Assembly (NCBI GenBank): GCA_963745025.1
Contig: CAVUWD010000009.1
Span: forward strand, 1 to 64,000
Origin: an uncultured delta proteobacterium
Lineage (GTDB): Bacteria > Desulfobacterota > Binatia > JACPRU01
DNA length: 64,000 bases
Direction of reading: 5' to 3'
Position numbers and translations under genes: made by a program. Below, piece after piece: positions 49,480 through 60,006 of this stretch; position 1 is the first letter of the stretch; each line of letters begins with the position of its first letter. Under the pieces are notes generated by a model. The model did not search any database. It saw only the letters and a list, made by a program, of their open reading frames with translations, and was not told the DNA's origin.

Positions 49480-50831
49480 AGCGCCTCCACGAGCGCCCGG
49501 AAGCGCTCGCCGCGATCGGCGTAATCGCGAAACATGTCGAAGCTCGCGCAGGCAGGCGACAGCAGCACCGTGTCGCCGGGGCGCGCGCTCTCCGAGGCGC
49601 GCGCCACGGCGTCCTCGAGGCTCGACACGACCACGGTATCGGTTTCTGGGCCGAGGACCTCGCGGATGGTTTCGCGGGCCTCGCCGAAGACGATGAGTCG
49701 CTTGACTCGGTCGCGAACGAGCACGCGCAGCGGCTCGTAGCTCCCACCCTTGTCCACGCCACCGGCGAGGAGGATGACCGGCCCCGAGATCGAGGCGAGC
49801 GACTTGACCACCGCCCCGACGTTCGTGCCTTTCGAATCGTCGACGTAGCTGACCCCCTGCCTCTGACGCACGAGCTGGAGCCGATGCGGCAGACCGCGAA
49901 ATTCGCCGATGATCGCCTGCACCGCTCGGGGCTCCGCGCCGGCGAGTAGCGCGGCCGTGGTGGCCGCCATCAGGTTTTCGAGGTTGTGTACGCCGCGGAG
50001 CCGGGTCCGCGCCATGCGGAAGCTGAGCTCCCGCTCCTGGCGCCGGCCCTCTGGAAGCCGGACGACGATCGTCCCGTCGCGCGGGAAGGTGCCGTACTCG
50101 ACGGTGTCGAAGCCGAAGGAAATCACCCGCCCCCGCAACCGCTGTCGGAGGTCCCACACCCAGCGATCCTCGCGCGACAGCACCACCCAATCGTCCGAGG
50201 TCTGAGCGCGGAACAGCGCCGCCTTGGCTTCGCCGTACTCATCGAGGGACCGGTAGCGGTCGAGATGGTCGTCGGTCAGGTTCAGGAACACGCCGATCGC
50301 CGGGCGGAACTCCTCGACCCACTCGAGCTGAAAGCTCGAAACCTCGGCAACCGCACAATCGATCGGCAGCCCGACGGCGTCGACGAGCGGCGTCCCGAGA
50401 TTTCCGCCGACGAACGCGTGAATCCCCGAGCGGCGCAGCATCCGCGCGAGCAACTCGGTCGTCGTGCTCTTGCCGTTCGTGCCGGTGATCGCGTAGAGCG
50501 GAGCGGCAAGCGAGCGATAGGCGAGCTCGATCTCGGCGAGAATCGGCAGGCCGCGCATTGCGGCGGCCTGCAGCAAGGGGTGGCTCTTCGGCACTCCGGG
50601 GCTCGGGATCACCAAGTCCACGCCTTGGAGAAGCTGCGTGTCCTCGCGACCGAGACACCACTCGATGGCGAGCCCGCCAAGCAGCGCCCGTTCGTCGTCG
50701 AACCCGGTGCTCGCTCGGTCCGAGAGCAGCACCTCGGCTCCTTGGCGCGCCAAGTAGCGGGCCACCGCGGCGCCGGTGCGCCGCGCGCCGATGACCAGGA
50801 CCTTTCTGCCTGAGAGCGCGAGCTTCATCAT
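49476..50831 (-). CDS. murD: UDP-N-acetylmuramoyl-L-alanine--D-glutamate ligase
   Basis: [50 protein letters not shown]. Confidence 0.96.
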   Translation of the reverse strand: MMKLALSGRKVLVIGARRTGAAVARYLARQGAEVLLSDRASTGFDDERALLGGLAIEWCLGREDTQLLQGVDLVIPSPGVPKSHPLLQAAAMRGLPILAEIELAYRSLAAPLYAITGTNGKSTTTELLARMLRRSGIHAFVGGNLGTPLVDAVGLPIDCAVAEVSSFQLEWVEEFRPAIGVFLNLTDDHLDRYRSLDEYGEAKAALFRAQTSDDWVVLSREDRWVWDLRQRLRGRVISFGFDTVEYGTFPRDGTIVVRLPEGRRQERELSFRMARTRLRGVHNLENLMAATTAALLAGAEPRAVQAIIGEFRGLPHRLQLVRQRQGVSYVDDSKGTNVGAVVKSLASISGPVILLAGGVDKGGSYEPLRVLVRDRVKRLIVFGEARETIREVLGPETDTVVVSSLEDAVARASESARPGDTVLLSPACASFDMFRDYADRGERFRALVEAL

Positions 50832-51904
50832 CGGAGCTTCAGGGTGGAGAGCGCCAGCAGCGCGCAAAGAATCGAGAGGATCCAGAACCGGACGATGATC
50901 TGCGGCTCGGGCCAGCCGAGCAGCTCGAAATGATGGTGAATCGGCGCCATGCGGAAGATGCGCCGGCGGCGGAGCTTGTACGACGCCACCTGCAGGATCA
51001 CCGACAGCGCCTCGGCGACGAACACCCCGCCCGCGACCACCAGCACGAGCTCCTGCCTGGAGATCAGCGCCAGCGCTCCGAGCGCCGCGCCCAGAGACAG
51101 CGAGCCGACGTCTCCCATGAACATCTGCGCCGGGTACGCATTGAACCAGAGAAAGCCCAGGCCGGCCGCGAACAGCGCGCCACAGAACACGGCGACCTCG
51201 CCGGCGCCCGGAACGTGCGGCACCTGGAGGTATTCCGCGAGCTTCACGTTGCCCGCCACGTAACAGAACGTCATGTAGACGAGCGCGACCATCATCACCG
51301 GCCCGATCGCCAGCCCATCGAGCCCATCGGTGAGGTTCACCGCATTCGACGAGCCGACGATGACCAGGGCGGCAAAGGGCACGTAGCACCATCCGAGATC
51401 CGGGCGGACGTTCTTGAGGAACGGCGTGGTCAGGGTCGAGTCGAAGCCGTTCTTCCAGAGCAGCAGGCCGCCCACGACGAGCGCCAGAGCGAACTGCGCG
51501 GCGAGCTTTTCCCGTCCCGTAAGGCCGAGCGACTGCCGGCGGCGAAGCTTTCGCCAATCGTCGACGAAGCCGATCGCGCCGTAGCCGACCGTGACTGCGA
51601 GCAAGAGCCAAACGTAGGCATTGGTCAGATCGGCGAGCAGAAGGGTCGAGAGGACGAGCGAAAAGAGGATCAGCGTCCCCCCCATCGTCGGCGTCCCTGC
51701 CTTGGTTTGATGGTGCGCCGGGCCGTCGGAACGGATCTGCTGGCCGACCTGCAGCGCCAGGAGCTTGCGGATCAGCGAGGGTCCGAACAAGAAGGCGAGC
51801 AGGAATGCGAGAATCGCGGCCAGCAGCGTCCGGAACGTGATGTACTTCATCACGTTGAAGGCCGAGTAGGTGCCGTGGAGCGAGTAGAGGAGCGCGTAGA
51901 GCAT
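50828..51904 (-). CDS. mraY: Phospho-N-acetylmuramoyl-pentapeptide transferase
   Basis: [45 protein letters not shown]. Confidence 0.97.
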   Translation of the reverse strand: MLYALLYSLHGTYSAFNVMKYITFRTLLAAILAFLLAFLFGPSLIRKLLALQVGQQIRSDGPAHHQTKAGTPTMGGTLILFSLVLSTLLLADLTNAYVWLLLAVTVGYGAIGFVDDWRKLRRRQSLGLTGREKLAAQFALALVVGGLLLWKNGFDSTLTTPFLKNVRPDLGWCYVPFAALVIVGSSNAVNLTDGLDGLAIGPVMMVALVYMTFCYVAGNVKLAEYLQVPHVPGAGEVAVFCGALFAAGLGFLWFNAYPAQMFMGDVGSLSLGAALGALALISRQELVLVVAGGVFVAEALSVILQVASYKLRRRRIFRMAPIHHHFELLGWPEPQIIVRFWILSILCALLALSTLKLR

Positions 51905-53272
51905 TCAGCTCTGCCCCCGCAGCCGCGCGACGATCTCTTCCATCTTCGCTCCTCGCGAGCCCTTGACGAGCACGACGTCGCCGTCGGCGAGGCGCGCCCC
52001 GAGCCAGGTGGCGGCGTCGGCGACCGATTCGCAGCACTCCACGAGCGCTCGCGGTAGGCCCGCCTCGACGGCTCCGGCAGCCATCTCGCCGCCGTAACGC
52101 CCGACCGCCAGTAACCCGTCGACGCGCGCGCGCGCCGCAGCGGCGCCCACTTCCCGATGGTAGCGCGCGGCTTCGGCGCCGAGCTCCCACATCTCGCCGA
52201 GGACGGCTAGCTTTCGGCGGCCTGGCTCCGCCGCGAGCACGGCGACCGCCGCCTCCATCGAGGCGGGATTGGCGTTGTAGGCGTCGTTCAGAATCCGCGC
52301 TCCGTTCGGAGTCACGACGATCTCGAGGCGCATCGCTGGCGGCGTGAACGTGGCGAGCCCTTCGAGAGCGGCTTCGAGATCGAGGCCAAGCGCCAGTCCC
52401 GCCGCGATGGCGAGCAGAGCGTTGTCGACGTTGTGGCGACCCCGAATACCGAGCTCGATCGAAGCGCGTCGGCCCTCGACCTCGATCTCGATCTTCTGGC
52501 CTTTGACGGTAGGCAACGAGGAGAGCGCCCGCAGCGGCTGTTCGCCCCCGACGAGAATCTTCCGACCGGCGAAGCGCTCGGCGATCGCCACGAGTCGCGG
52601 ATCCTTCGCGTTCACGACCAGGATGCCCGCCGGAGCGAGCCCCAGCGCGAGCTCCTCCTTGGCGGCGGCGACGTTGGCGAGCGAGCCGAGACCTTCGAGG
52701 TGAGCGGGGGCTACGTTGGTGATCACACCGATGTCCGCTCGGGCGATCTGCGCCAGCCGCCAGATTTCGCCAGGATGATTCATGCCCATTTCGAGCACGG
52801 CGAAATCCTCCTCGCCGGTGAGCCGAAGAAGTGTATGCGGAAGCCCGACGAGGTTGTTCTCCGTTCCCCGGCTCTTCGCCACCTCGGCCCCGCTGGCGGA
52901 AAGCACCGCGGCGATCATCTCCTTGGTGGTGGTCTTGCCGTTGCTGCCGGTTACGCCGACCACGCGCAGAGGCAGCGTCCGGCGCCGAGCGGCGGCGAGA
53001 TCGCCGAGCGCGCGCAAGCCATCGCCGACGCGAATACCGGCCGCGCCGTTCCGCAGGGAGACGTCCCTGTCGACGACGACGGCGGTCGCTCCCCGCTCGA
53101 TCGCGGCAGCGACGAACTCGTGGCCGTCGAAGCGCGGGCCGCGCAGCGCGAGGAACGCCTCGCCCGCGCTCGTCTGGCGGGTATCGGTTGAGAAACCACA
53201 GAATGGTCCGGGACCCCACCGCAGAAGCTCGCCGCCGGTCGCGGCGAGAATTTCGGGCAACGTCCAGCTCAC
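51905..53272 (-). CDS. murF: UDP-N-acetylmuramoyl-tripeptide--D-alanyl-D-alanine ligase
   Basis: TDTR, VTGSNGKTTTKE, EMGMNHPGEI, NDAYNANP, LVKGSRG. Confidence 0.96.
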   Translation of the reverse strand: MSWTLPEILAATGGELLRWGPGPFCGFSTDTRQTSAGEAFLALRGPRFDGHEFVAAAIERGATAVVVDRDVSLRNGAAGIRVGDGLRALGDLAAARRRTLPLRVVGVTGSNGKTTTKEMIAAVLSASGAEVAKSRGTENNLVGLPHTLLRLTGEEDFAVLEMGMNHPGEIWRLAQIARADIGVITNVAPAHLEGLGSLANVAAAKEELALGLAPAGILVVNAKDPRLVAIAERFAGRKILVGGEQPLRALSSLPTVKGQKIEIEVEGRRASIELGIRGRHNVDNALLAIAAGLALGLDLEAALEGLATFTPPAMRLEIVVTPNGARILNDAYNANPASMEAAVAVLAAEPGRRKLAVLGEMWELGAEAARYHREVGAAAARARVDGLLAVGRYGGEMAAGAVEAGLPRALVECCESVADAATWLGARLADGDVVLVKGSRGAKMEEIVARLRGQS

Positions 53273-54792
53273 GATCCACGCACCCGGAGGCTTTGCCGAG
53301 CCTCCTCGCGGTCGTCGAAGGGATGCCGCTCGGCGCCGACGATCTGATAGGCCTCGTGCCCCTTGCCGGCGATCAAAACGACGTCGGACGGCCTCGCGAT
53401 CTCGATTGCGAGGTGGATCGCCTGACGCCGGTCCGGAATCACCAGATATCCGCTCGCGTCCTCACGCCCCGCCGCGCTTTCCTGTATGGGATCGAGCCCT
53501 GCCTCGACGATGCCCCGCTCGATCTCGTGAAGAATCTTCAATGGGTCCTCGCTCCGCGGGTTGTCGGAGGTGGCGATGACGATGTCGGCGATGCGCCCCG
53601 TCGCCTCCCCCATCAGTGGTCGCTTGCCGCGATCGCGGTCTCCGCCGCAGCCGAAGACGACGATGAGCCGGCCTTGCGCGACGCTGCGCAAGACTCGCAC
53701 CGCGCGCTCGAGCGCGTCCGGCGTATGCGCATAGTCGACGAGCACCGCGAACGCTGCGCCTTCGTCGACGCGTTCCATGCGGCCGGGGATGCCACGACAT
53801 TGCTGAATGCCCTCGGCGATCGCGGCCAGTGGAATCCCCTGCGCCCACGCCGCCGCGGCCGCGGCGAGGATGTTCTCGAGATGCGCGTCGCCGACGAGAG
53901 CGGAAGAGATGGAGATCCGCTCGTCACGGATCCGGATCTCGCCTTTGAGCCCCGCGAGCGATCGCTCGACTTCCACCGGGGCGACGTCCGCCTCGTCGCC
54001 ATGCCCGAAAGTCACGACGCGGTTTGGCGTCGCGCCGATGAGCCGTCGACCGTAGGGATCATCGCCGTTCACGACCGCGAAGCGATCGCTCTTTTCGGAG
54101 CGCGGCAGAAGCTCGGTGAATAGCCTCTGCTTGGCCGCGAAGTAGCCCTCCATGTCGGGGTGGAAGTCGAGGTGATCGCGCGTGAGGTTGGTGAAGAGAG
54201 CGCCGTCCCACTCGCACTCGGAAACCCGTTCGAGCGCGAGCGCATGCGAAGAGACTTCCATGACCACGTGCGTGGCTCCCGCCTCGGCCATCTCGGCGAG
54301 CAATCGCTGCAGCTCGACTGCCTGAGGCGTGGTGAACGGCGCCGGCCAGGTTTGCTCGCCGAAACGATAGTAGATCGTGCCGATGAGCCCGGGACGGAAC
54401 CCCGCGCGCTTCCAGATCGCTTCCAGAAGATGCGTCACGGTCGTCTTGCCATTCGTGCCGGTCACGCCGAGCAGGACGAGCTTGCGGCTCGGGTGATCGT
54501 AGAACCGTGCGGCGATTTCGCCGAGTGAACGTTGAATCGAAGGCAAGGCGAGGCGTGCGACACGCGAGGGAGCTTCCACGAGGTCGGACGCAGCAAGCGC
54601 CACCGCTCCCCGCTCGAGCGCTTCCGAGACGAAGCGGCGACCGTCGGTCCGTGCACCGGGCAGCGCGAAGAAGAGCGCGCCCGGCTGAACGGCTCGAGAG
54701 TCCGTGGCGAGCGAGGTCACCTCGACGTGGAGGTCGCCCTCCGCCGCGCGCGGTGGCTCGCGGAGGCCGGTGAGTAGCTCTCGAAGAATCAC
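53269..54792 (-). CDS. murE: UDP-N-acetylmuramoyl-L-alanyl-D-glutamate--2,6-diaminopimelate ligase
   Basis: VTGTNGKTT, MEVSSH, DHLDFH, DYAHTPD, FGCGGDRD, DNPR (mDAP type), AGKGHE. Confidence 0.96.
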   Translation of the reverse strand: MILRELLTGLREPPRAAEGDLHVEVTSLATDSRAVQPGALFFALPGARTDGRRFVSEALERGAVALAASDLVEAPSRVARLALPSIQRSLGEIAARFYDHPSRKLVLLGVTGTNGKTTVTHLLEAIWKRAGFRPGLIGTIYYRFGEQTWPAPFTTPQAVELQRLLAEMAEAGATHVVMEVSSHALALERVSECEWDGALFTNLTRDHLDFHPDMEGYFAAKQRLFTELLPRSEKSDRFAVVNGDDPYGRRLIGATPNRVVTFGHGDEADVAPVEVERSLAGLKGEIRIRDERISISSALVGDAHLENILAAAAAAWAQGIPLAAIAEGIQQCRGIPGRMERVDEGAAFAVLVDYAHTPDALERAVRVLRSVAQGRLIVVFGCGGDRDRGKRPLMGEATGRIADIVIATSDNPRSEDPLKILHEIERGIVEAGLDPIQESAAGREDASGYLVIPDRRQAIHLAIEIARPSDVVLIAGKGHEAYQIVGAERHPFDDREEARQSLRVRGS

Positions 54793-56732
54793 CCCAGGGG
54801 CTCTCCGCTGGGCTCGAGCTCGAGACGGATCGGACGTCCCGCCGCGAGCGAGCGCCCGGGAGGCGGATCCTGTCGCACCACGTACCCGCTGCCGACTACG
54901 TCAACCGTCAAACCTTCGGCGCTCGCTCGCTCGAGAGCCTCGCGAAGGGAGAGCCCGACGAAGCTCGTCGGTGCGTTTGGTTGCGCCTCTCGGCTCCTGC
55001 CGTCCGGTCCCTGGGCTGCGATCGCGTCCTCCCCAGCAGACGTGTCGGGTTGCACGCCGATGCGTTCGGCTGCGGCGACGGCGATCGCGCGAAACGCGGG
55101 GGCGGCTGCGGTGCCGCCCCAGATTGTCGTTTGCGGCTCGTCGATGATGACCAGCATGACGAGCTGCGGATCGTCGGCCGGAAAGTAGCCGACGAACGAG
55201 GCGATGCGGCCGCGCGAGTAACCGCCGCGATCGAAATCCACTTTCTGCGCCGTGCCCGTCTTGCCCGCGATCTTCAAGCCCGGCACTGCCGCAAGTGGCG
55301 CGGTACCCTTGGCCGCGATCACGCCCTCGAGGATCTTCGTCACTTGTTCGGCGGTGGCCTCGCTGACGACGCGGCGCACGACGGTCGGCTGGTTTGCGAC
55401 GAGCTCCTCGCCATTCTCGTCGACGATCCGCTTGACGATGTAGGGACGCATGAGGATGCCGCCGTTGGCGAGCGCGGCGTATGCCGCCGCGAGTTGGAGG
55501 GGCGTCACTGCCACACCTTGACCGAAGCTGGCCGTCGCCAGATCGATTGGCTTCCACGCCAGAAGCGGACGGAGGATACCCGCCTGCTCACCCGCGAGAT
55601 CGACGCCCGTTGGCGCGCCGACCCCGAATGCGCGGAGCGTCTGGTAGTAGGCCTTCGCTCCGAGACGCTCCCCTACCTTGGTCGCGCCGATGTTGCTCGA
55701 CACCTGCAGGATCTCGGGGAACGTGAGCCACCCGTATCCGTGATGATCGTGGATCGTGTGTCCAGCGAAGCCGTAGTGGCCGTTTTCGCAGAAGAAGCGA
55801 TCGGCGACCGTGACGGAGCGATGCTCGAGCGCCGCCGCGGCAAGGAGCCCCTTCATGGTCGAGCCGGGCTCGTAGGCGTCGGCGACCGCGCGGTTGCGCC
55901 GGAGCTCGGGGGCGATGCCGATGCGGCGGTTGGGATCGAACGCGGGGTTCTGCGCGAGCGCGAGAATCTCTCCGCGGCGCGGGTCGAGCATGAGCACGAG
56001 GCCGCCCTTCGCGCGGGTCTCGGCAACCCGCCGGTCGAGTTCGCGCTCCGCGACGTACTGCAGCGACGAATCGAGCGTGAGCGTCACGTTGGCGCCTTGC
56101 CGAGGCATCTCTCCGTCGAGCCCGGCGGCGAGAAACTTCCGCCCGCGGGCATCGCGCTCGACGCTCATCTCCGCGGTGGGTCCGCGGAGATAACGGTCAT
56201 AGGCGAGCTCGATTCCTTCGAGCCCTTGCGAGTCGATGCCGGCGAAGCCGATGACCGGGGCCGCCATCCGTCCGTGCGGGTAGAAGCGTCGGAGCTCCGA
56301 CACCGTGCCGATGCCGCGGACGTTCAGCTCGCGCAGCCGCTCGAGCTCGACCGGGCTCGCCTGGCGCTTGACCCAGGCAAACGGCGAAGTGGTTGAGACC
56401 GTCTGCAGCCATTGGCCGTGCGGGATCCGCAGCGCACGGGCCACCGCCGCACCGGAGCCGTCGTCGGGCAAGTCCGCGGGGCGCACGAAGACCGAGTCGG
56501 CGCGGATCGACATGGCGAGCGGTTCGCCGAAGCGATCGAGAATCGCCCCGCGAAGCGGGGTGACTTGCTCGGTCTCGGAATGTTGACGGTGCGCGAGGCT
56601 CGCCAAGCGCTCCCCGTCGAAGATTGCCAGCTGACAGAGCCGTACCGCGACACCGACGAGCACCGCGCCAATCATCGCGCAGGCGGTCGCGAGCCGAACC
56701 GGACGTCGTTGCCTGGCCTGCGTGCCACTCAT
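54789..56732 (-). CDS. ftsI: Penicillin-binding protein 3 (FtsI) with C-terminal PASTA domain
   Basis: RGAILDR, EPGSTMK (SxxK), SSN, FGQG, GKTGTAQK and a PASTA tail. Confidence 0.94.
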   Translation of the reverse strand: MSGTQARQRRPVRLATACAMIGAVLVGVAVRLCQLAIFDGERLASLAHRQHSETEQVTPLRGAILDRFGEPLAMSIRADSVFVRPADLPDDGSGAAVARALRIPHGQWLQTVSTTSPFAWVKRQASPVELERLRELNVRGIGTVSELRRFYPHGRMAAPVIGFAGIDSQGLEGIELAYDRYLRGPTAEMSVERDARGRKFLAAGLDGEMPRQGANVTLTLDSSLQYVAERELDRRVAETRAKGGLVLMLDPRRGEILALAQNPAFDPNRRIGIAPELRRNRAVADAYEPGSTMKGLLAAAALEHRSVTVADRFFCENGHYGFAGHTIHDHHGYGWLTFPEILQVSSNIGATKVGERLGAKAYYQTLRAFGVGAPTGVDLAGEQAGILRPLLAWKPIDLATASFGQGVAVTPLQLAAAYAALANGGILMRPYIVKRIVDENGEELVANQPTVVRRVVSEATAEQVTKILEGVIAAKGTAPLAAVPGLKIAGKTGTAQKVDFDRGGYSRGRIASFVGYFPADDPQLVMLVIIDEPQTTIWGGTAAAPAFRAIAVAAAERIGVQPDTSAGEDAIAAQGPDGRSREAQPNAPTSFVGLSLREALERASAEGLTVDVVGSGYVVRQDPPPGRSLAAGRPIRLELEPSGEPLG

Positions 56733-57016
56733 GGCATGCCCACGATCTGACCGTCGCGCGGAGGCTTGAGACCGAGCCGCGTCTTGGCGACGGCATCCAG
56801 CGATCCCGGTGAGGTCAGCGTGGCGAGCTCGACCTCGAGCTCGCTCTTTTCACCGGCGAGCCGGCCAATGACTCGTTGCAGCGCGCTCAACTGATAACCG
56901 ACTTCGGTGGTTTGGAGATGCAGCCAGACTTGGAGCGCGCCGGCGGCGGTGAGCAGAGCGACCCAGATGACGACGGCCCGCGACGGCCGAACGAGCCTCC
57001 AGGGGCGGATCTTCAT
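56729..57016 (-). CDS. ftsL: Cell division protein FtsL
   Basis: TM plus coiled coil ending A..RLGLKPP; lies between rsmH and ftsI with ATGA overlaps. Confidence 0.85.
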   Translation of the reverse strand: MKIRPWRLVRPSRAVVIWVALLTAAGALQVWLHLQTTEVGYQLSALQRVIGRLAGEKSELEVELATLTSPGSLDAVAKTRLGLKPPRDGQIVGMP

Positions 57017-57978
57017 GCGGCGAGCCTCTCCACCGCACGCAGGCGGGCGCTGCGCGCACGCGGATTGCGCTGCACTTCGGCGGCGGTCGGCCGCAGTGGC
57101 CGCGGTGTCAGCACCGTCGCCTTCTTCGACCATCCACAGCGACACACGGGCATCGACCGCGGGCAGAGACACGAGCGGGCCCAGAGACGAAAGGCTTGCT
57201 TGACGAGACGGTCCTCGAGCGAGTGGTAGGCGAGCACCACCAGGCGACCGCCGGGTCGCAGCCAGCGATACGCTTCGGCGAGAAAGCGCTCGAGGATCTC
57301 GAGCTCCCCGTTCACCGCGATCCGCAGAGCCTGGAACGTCCGCGTGGCGGGATGATGCCCGGCGCTGCGCCCGACGGCTCGAGCGACGACCGAGGCGAGT
57401 GCGGCCGTGTCGACGAGCGCGCCGCGACGCTCGGCGGCGAGAATCGAGCGCGCGACGCGGCGCGCCCGTGGCTCCTCGCCATACTGGCGAAGCACGCGCA
57501 CGAGTTCCTTCTCGCTCACGTCGTGAAGCCACTCGGCGAGCGGCCGCAGACCGCTCCGATCCATTCGCATGTCGAGCGGCCCCGAGCGCGAAAAGCTGAA
57601 GCCGCGCTCGGCGACGTCCAGCTGGAATGACGAGACCCCTAGGTCGACGACGATGCCGTCGGCACCGTCCCAACCGAGCCGCTCCAAGCAGTCGCCAATC
57701 TCATCGAACGTCGCCGCGGCGACGTGCAGGCGCGCTGCGAAGCGTGCGAGGCGCGCGCTCGCGCGGCCGCGTGCATCTTCGTCCCAGTCGATGCCGAGCA
57801 ACTTGCCGTCAGGGGCGGACGCTTCGAGAATCGCCTCGGCATGACCGCCACCGCCGAGAGTCCCATCGACGTAGCGCCCGCCGGAGCGCGGACTCAGCAG
57901 CTCCAACATCTCGCGCAGCATCACGGGAACGTGGGTCGCGCTCGCGGACGTCTCGTGGTGAGCCTCGGCGGGGGACAT
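57013..57978 (-). CDS. rsmH: 16S rRNA (cytosine(1402)-N4)-methyltransferase
   Basis: HVPVM, DGTLGGGGH, DLGVSSFQ, PLDMRMD, HPATRTFQALRIAVN, YHSLEDR, NPRARSARLR. Confidence 0.97.
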   Translation of the reverse strand: MSPAEAHHETSASATHVPVMLREMLELLSPRSGGRYVDGTLGGGGHAEAILEASAPDGKLLGIDWDEDARGRASARLARFAARLHVAAATFDEIGDCLERLGWDGADGIVVDLGVSSFQLDVAERGFSFSRSGPLDMRMDRSGLRPLAEWLHDVSEKELVRVLRQYGEEPRARRVARSILAAERRGALVDTAALASVVARAVGRSAGHHPATRTFQALRIAVNGELEILERFLAEAYRWLRPGGRLVVLAYHSLEDRLVKQAFRLWARSCLCPRSMPVCRCGWSKKATVLTPRPLRPTAAEVQRNPRARSARLRAVERLAA

Positions 57979-57980
57979 GG

Positions 57981-58433
57981 CTACAGATTCAGTCGACTGA
58001 GCAGCTCGGGGTTGGCCTTGAACGCGGCCTCGGCATCACCACGCGCCTGCTCCCACGCTTGGCGATCGAAGACACGAAATCGGTCCGCTGCCCCGCTGAA
58101 CACGACGTCCTTCGTCAAGCTCGCCCACTCGCGCAGCGGCGGCGGGATGAGAATCCGTCCCTGCGCGTCAATCTCACAGCGATGCGCAGAGCCGATGAAG
58201 AAATTCTCGAGTTTGAGCACGTTTGGATCGAAACGGTTGAGCTTGAGCAGCTTCTCCTTGAACTCCAGCCACGCGGGGACAGGATACGCCTCGAGAAACC
58301 GCGGCGGGCTCAATGGGTGCGGTGTCAGGAACACCGCGGAGCTTCCCGACACCTGGACCAAATCACGAAACGAAGAGGGTACGCTGACTCTTCCTTTCGG
58401 ATCGACCACATGGTGATAGTTTCCGCTAAACAT
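57981..58433 (-). CDS. mraZ: Transcriptional regulator MraZ
   Basis: MFSGNY, DPKGR and DAQGR repeats; first gene of dcw. Confidence 0.95.
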   Translation of the reverse strand: MFSGNYHHVVDPKGRVSVPSSFRDLVQVSGSSAVFLTPHPLSPPRFLEAYPVPAWLEFKEKLLKLNRFDPNVLKLENFFIGSAHRCEIDAQGRILIPPPLREWASLTKDVVFSGAADRFRVFDRQAWEQARGDAEAAFKANPELLSRLNL

Positions 58434-58438
58434 GAACG

Positions 58439-58507
58439 CTGATCCCACTTTACTCCATTCTATACCACCACATCGCGCTTATAGGACTCGGTAAGCGCGC
58501 AAGTCAA
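58439..58507 (-). promoter_or_regulatory. dcw promoter with three MraZ boxes
   Basis: Minus strand: TTGACT-N18-TATAAG, then GTGGTATAGA/ATGGAGTAAA/GTGGGATCAG starting at 58468, 58458 and 58448 (exact 10-nt period). Confidence 0.7.
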
Positions 58508-58665
58508 GGAAAAATGCTTTTCTATTTTAGATGCGAAGACCTGAAGCGAGCGTAATTTCGGTATCTCGAGTGACGTCACCCGTATGGCAAACAAAAGGCG
58601 AAAGTTCGGTCTGGGCAACAGAACAGAACGGCGTACCATCGCATCTCAGGAGCGGCGACCGAATT

Positions 58666-59073
58666 GGCGGAGGGGATCGGTAAGCCGGATTCTGTTCCCC
58701 CAGTCAACGTCCGGGGGCAACGACCATTCCTCTTGTCCCGTCGTTGCCGGCGGGATCGTGCGACCTTACCCGAGGATTCTGCCGGGAAGGACTACCCGGC
58801 CCCACGACGACGAGAGCCGCCGAGGGGAGAACCCCCCTATTTGGTCTTGCTCCGGATGGGGTTTGTCCGCACCGTGGCTCGCGCCCCGGTGGAGCGAGAT
58901 CTTACCTCGCCTTTTCACCCTTACCGCCATCGGCCGAAACCGGTGGCGGCGGTCTTTTTTCTGTGGCACTTTCCCCCGATCACTCGGGGCCGCCGTTAGC
59001 GGCCATCCTGTCCTTCGGAGTCCGGACTTTCCTCTCTCCGTTTCCGGAAAGCGGTCGTTTAATCCCCTCCGCC
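58666..59073 (-). ncRNA. rnpB: RNase P RNA (type A)
   Basis: Minus strand GAGGAAAGTCCGG, AGTGCCACAGAAA, GGGTGAAAAG, GAGCAAGACCAAATAG, ACAGAATCCGGCTTAC; terminal P1 helix GGCGGAGGGGAT/ATCCCCTCCGCC. Confidence 0.96.
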
Positions 59074-59114
59074 GAATCGAAGCTGTAGCGACTCCCGAGC
59101 GAGGAGTCCAGAGG

Positions 59115-59339
59115 CTACGGGGCGACCTCTCTCATCTGCTCAAGGCGCTTTTTCTGCTGTTCCTCGAAGTTCTGCGCCTGCTTTTTCGCCGCGTCGAGTG
59201 CGCTGCCCGCCGGGCCGCCCTTCGCACCGCCCGGCGTGTAGGTGCGCAGGTACAGAACGATCAGCACGAAGACGATGAGCATCCCGACCACGATGGCGGC
59301 GAGGGAGGCGAATCCGCCGGGACCGCGCTTTGGCGTCAC
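59115..59339 (-). CDS. Small single-TM protein (74 aa) with prepilin-like N-terminus
   Basis: GTGA-coupled to TetR; basic leader then GF followed by ~22 hydrophobic residues. Confidence 0.6.
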   Translation of the reverse strand: MTPKRGPGGFASLAAIVVGMLIVFVLIVLYLRTYTPGGAKGGPAGSALDAAKKQAQNFEEQQKKRLEQMREVAP

Positions 59340-59923
59340 TCGGCCTGTACCTTCAGCCTTTCGAGCAGTGCGCTTTTCAGGTGGCTGACGATGGTCTCGC
59401 TTTCCCCGGAGAAGTCGCTGCCGATGAACCTCTGAACCAGCGCCCCCGCCAACGCGCACATGATGAGCGAGGCTTCGCTCGCCGGATTGATGTCCGAGCG
59501 GAAGACACCCTTATGCCGACCGCTTTCGAGGATGTCGTTCAAGAGATTGCGAAAGATGCGAAAGAGCTCCGCCACGCGAGCGACGGGATCGTCAGGCTGC
59601 TTTTCTTCGCGCAAGATGAGGCTCAGCACGAAGCGGATCGACTGCATGTGCTCGCGAACGAAATCGTAGAAGAGGTCGATCAGCTTGTTGATCTGCTCCG
59701 CTTCGTCGAGTCCCTCTACCTGGCCGACGACGTTGACAAAATAGGGCTCCAGCGAGCGTTGGAGCGCGCTCTGAAAGAGCCGCTCCTTGTTTTCGAAGTG
59801 CCAGAAGATGAGGGCCTTGCTGACACTCGCTTCCTTGGCAACTTGCGAGAGCGAGGTGCTTCCGTAGCCTTGCGTCGAGAAAAGCCGGGTCGCGGTCTCT
59901 AAGATCTTGTCCCTAGCGTCCAC
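59336..59923 (-). CDS. TetR/AcrR family transcriptional regulator
   Basis: RDKILETATRLFSTQGYGSTSLSQVAKEASVSKALIFWHFENKERL HTH. Confidence 0.93.
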   Translation of the reverse strand: MDARDKILETATRLFSTQGYGSTSLSQVAKEASVSKALIFWHFENKERLFQSALQRSLEPYFVNVVGQVEGLDEAEQINKLIDLFYDFVREHMQSIRFVLSLILREEKQPDDPVARVAELFRIFRNLLNDILESGRHKGVFRSDINPASEASLIMCALAGALVQRFIGSDFSGESETIVSHLKSALLERLKVQAE

Positions 59924-59929
59924 GTTCTA

Positions 59930-59949
59930 AAAACCGAGTATTCCGTTTT
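59930..59949. promoter_or_regulatory. Candidate TetR operator (imperfect palindrome)
   Basis: AAAACCGAGTATTCCGTTTT lies 7 bp upstream of the TetR start, in the divergent intergenic region. Confidence 0.45.
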
Positions 59950-60006
59950 ACCCCTTGAAACACCAGCGAAGAAATGGTCTACTTCGCGGTCGGCCGAGAG
60001 CGGGTC

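Noticed and set aside
49476-53279. 1267-aa ORF suggesting a giant MurD fusion
   Set aside because: Only the last ~451 aa (from 50831) are MurD; the rest is an off-frame read-through of murF and mraY.
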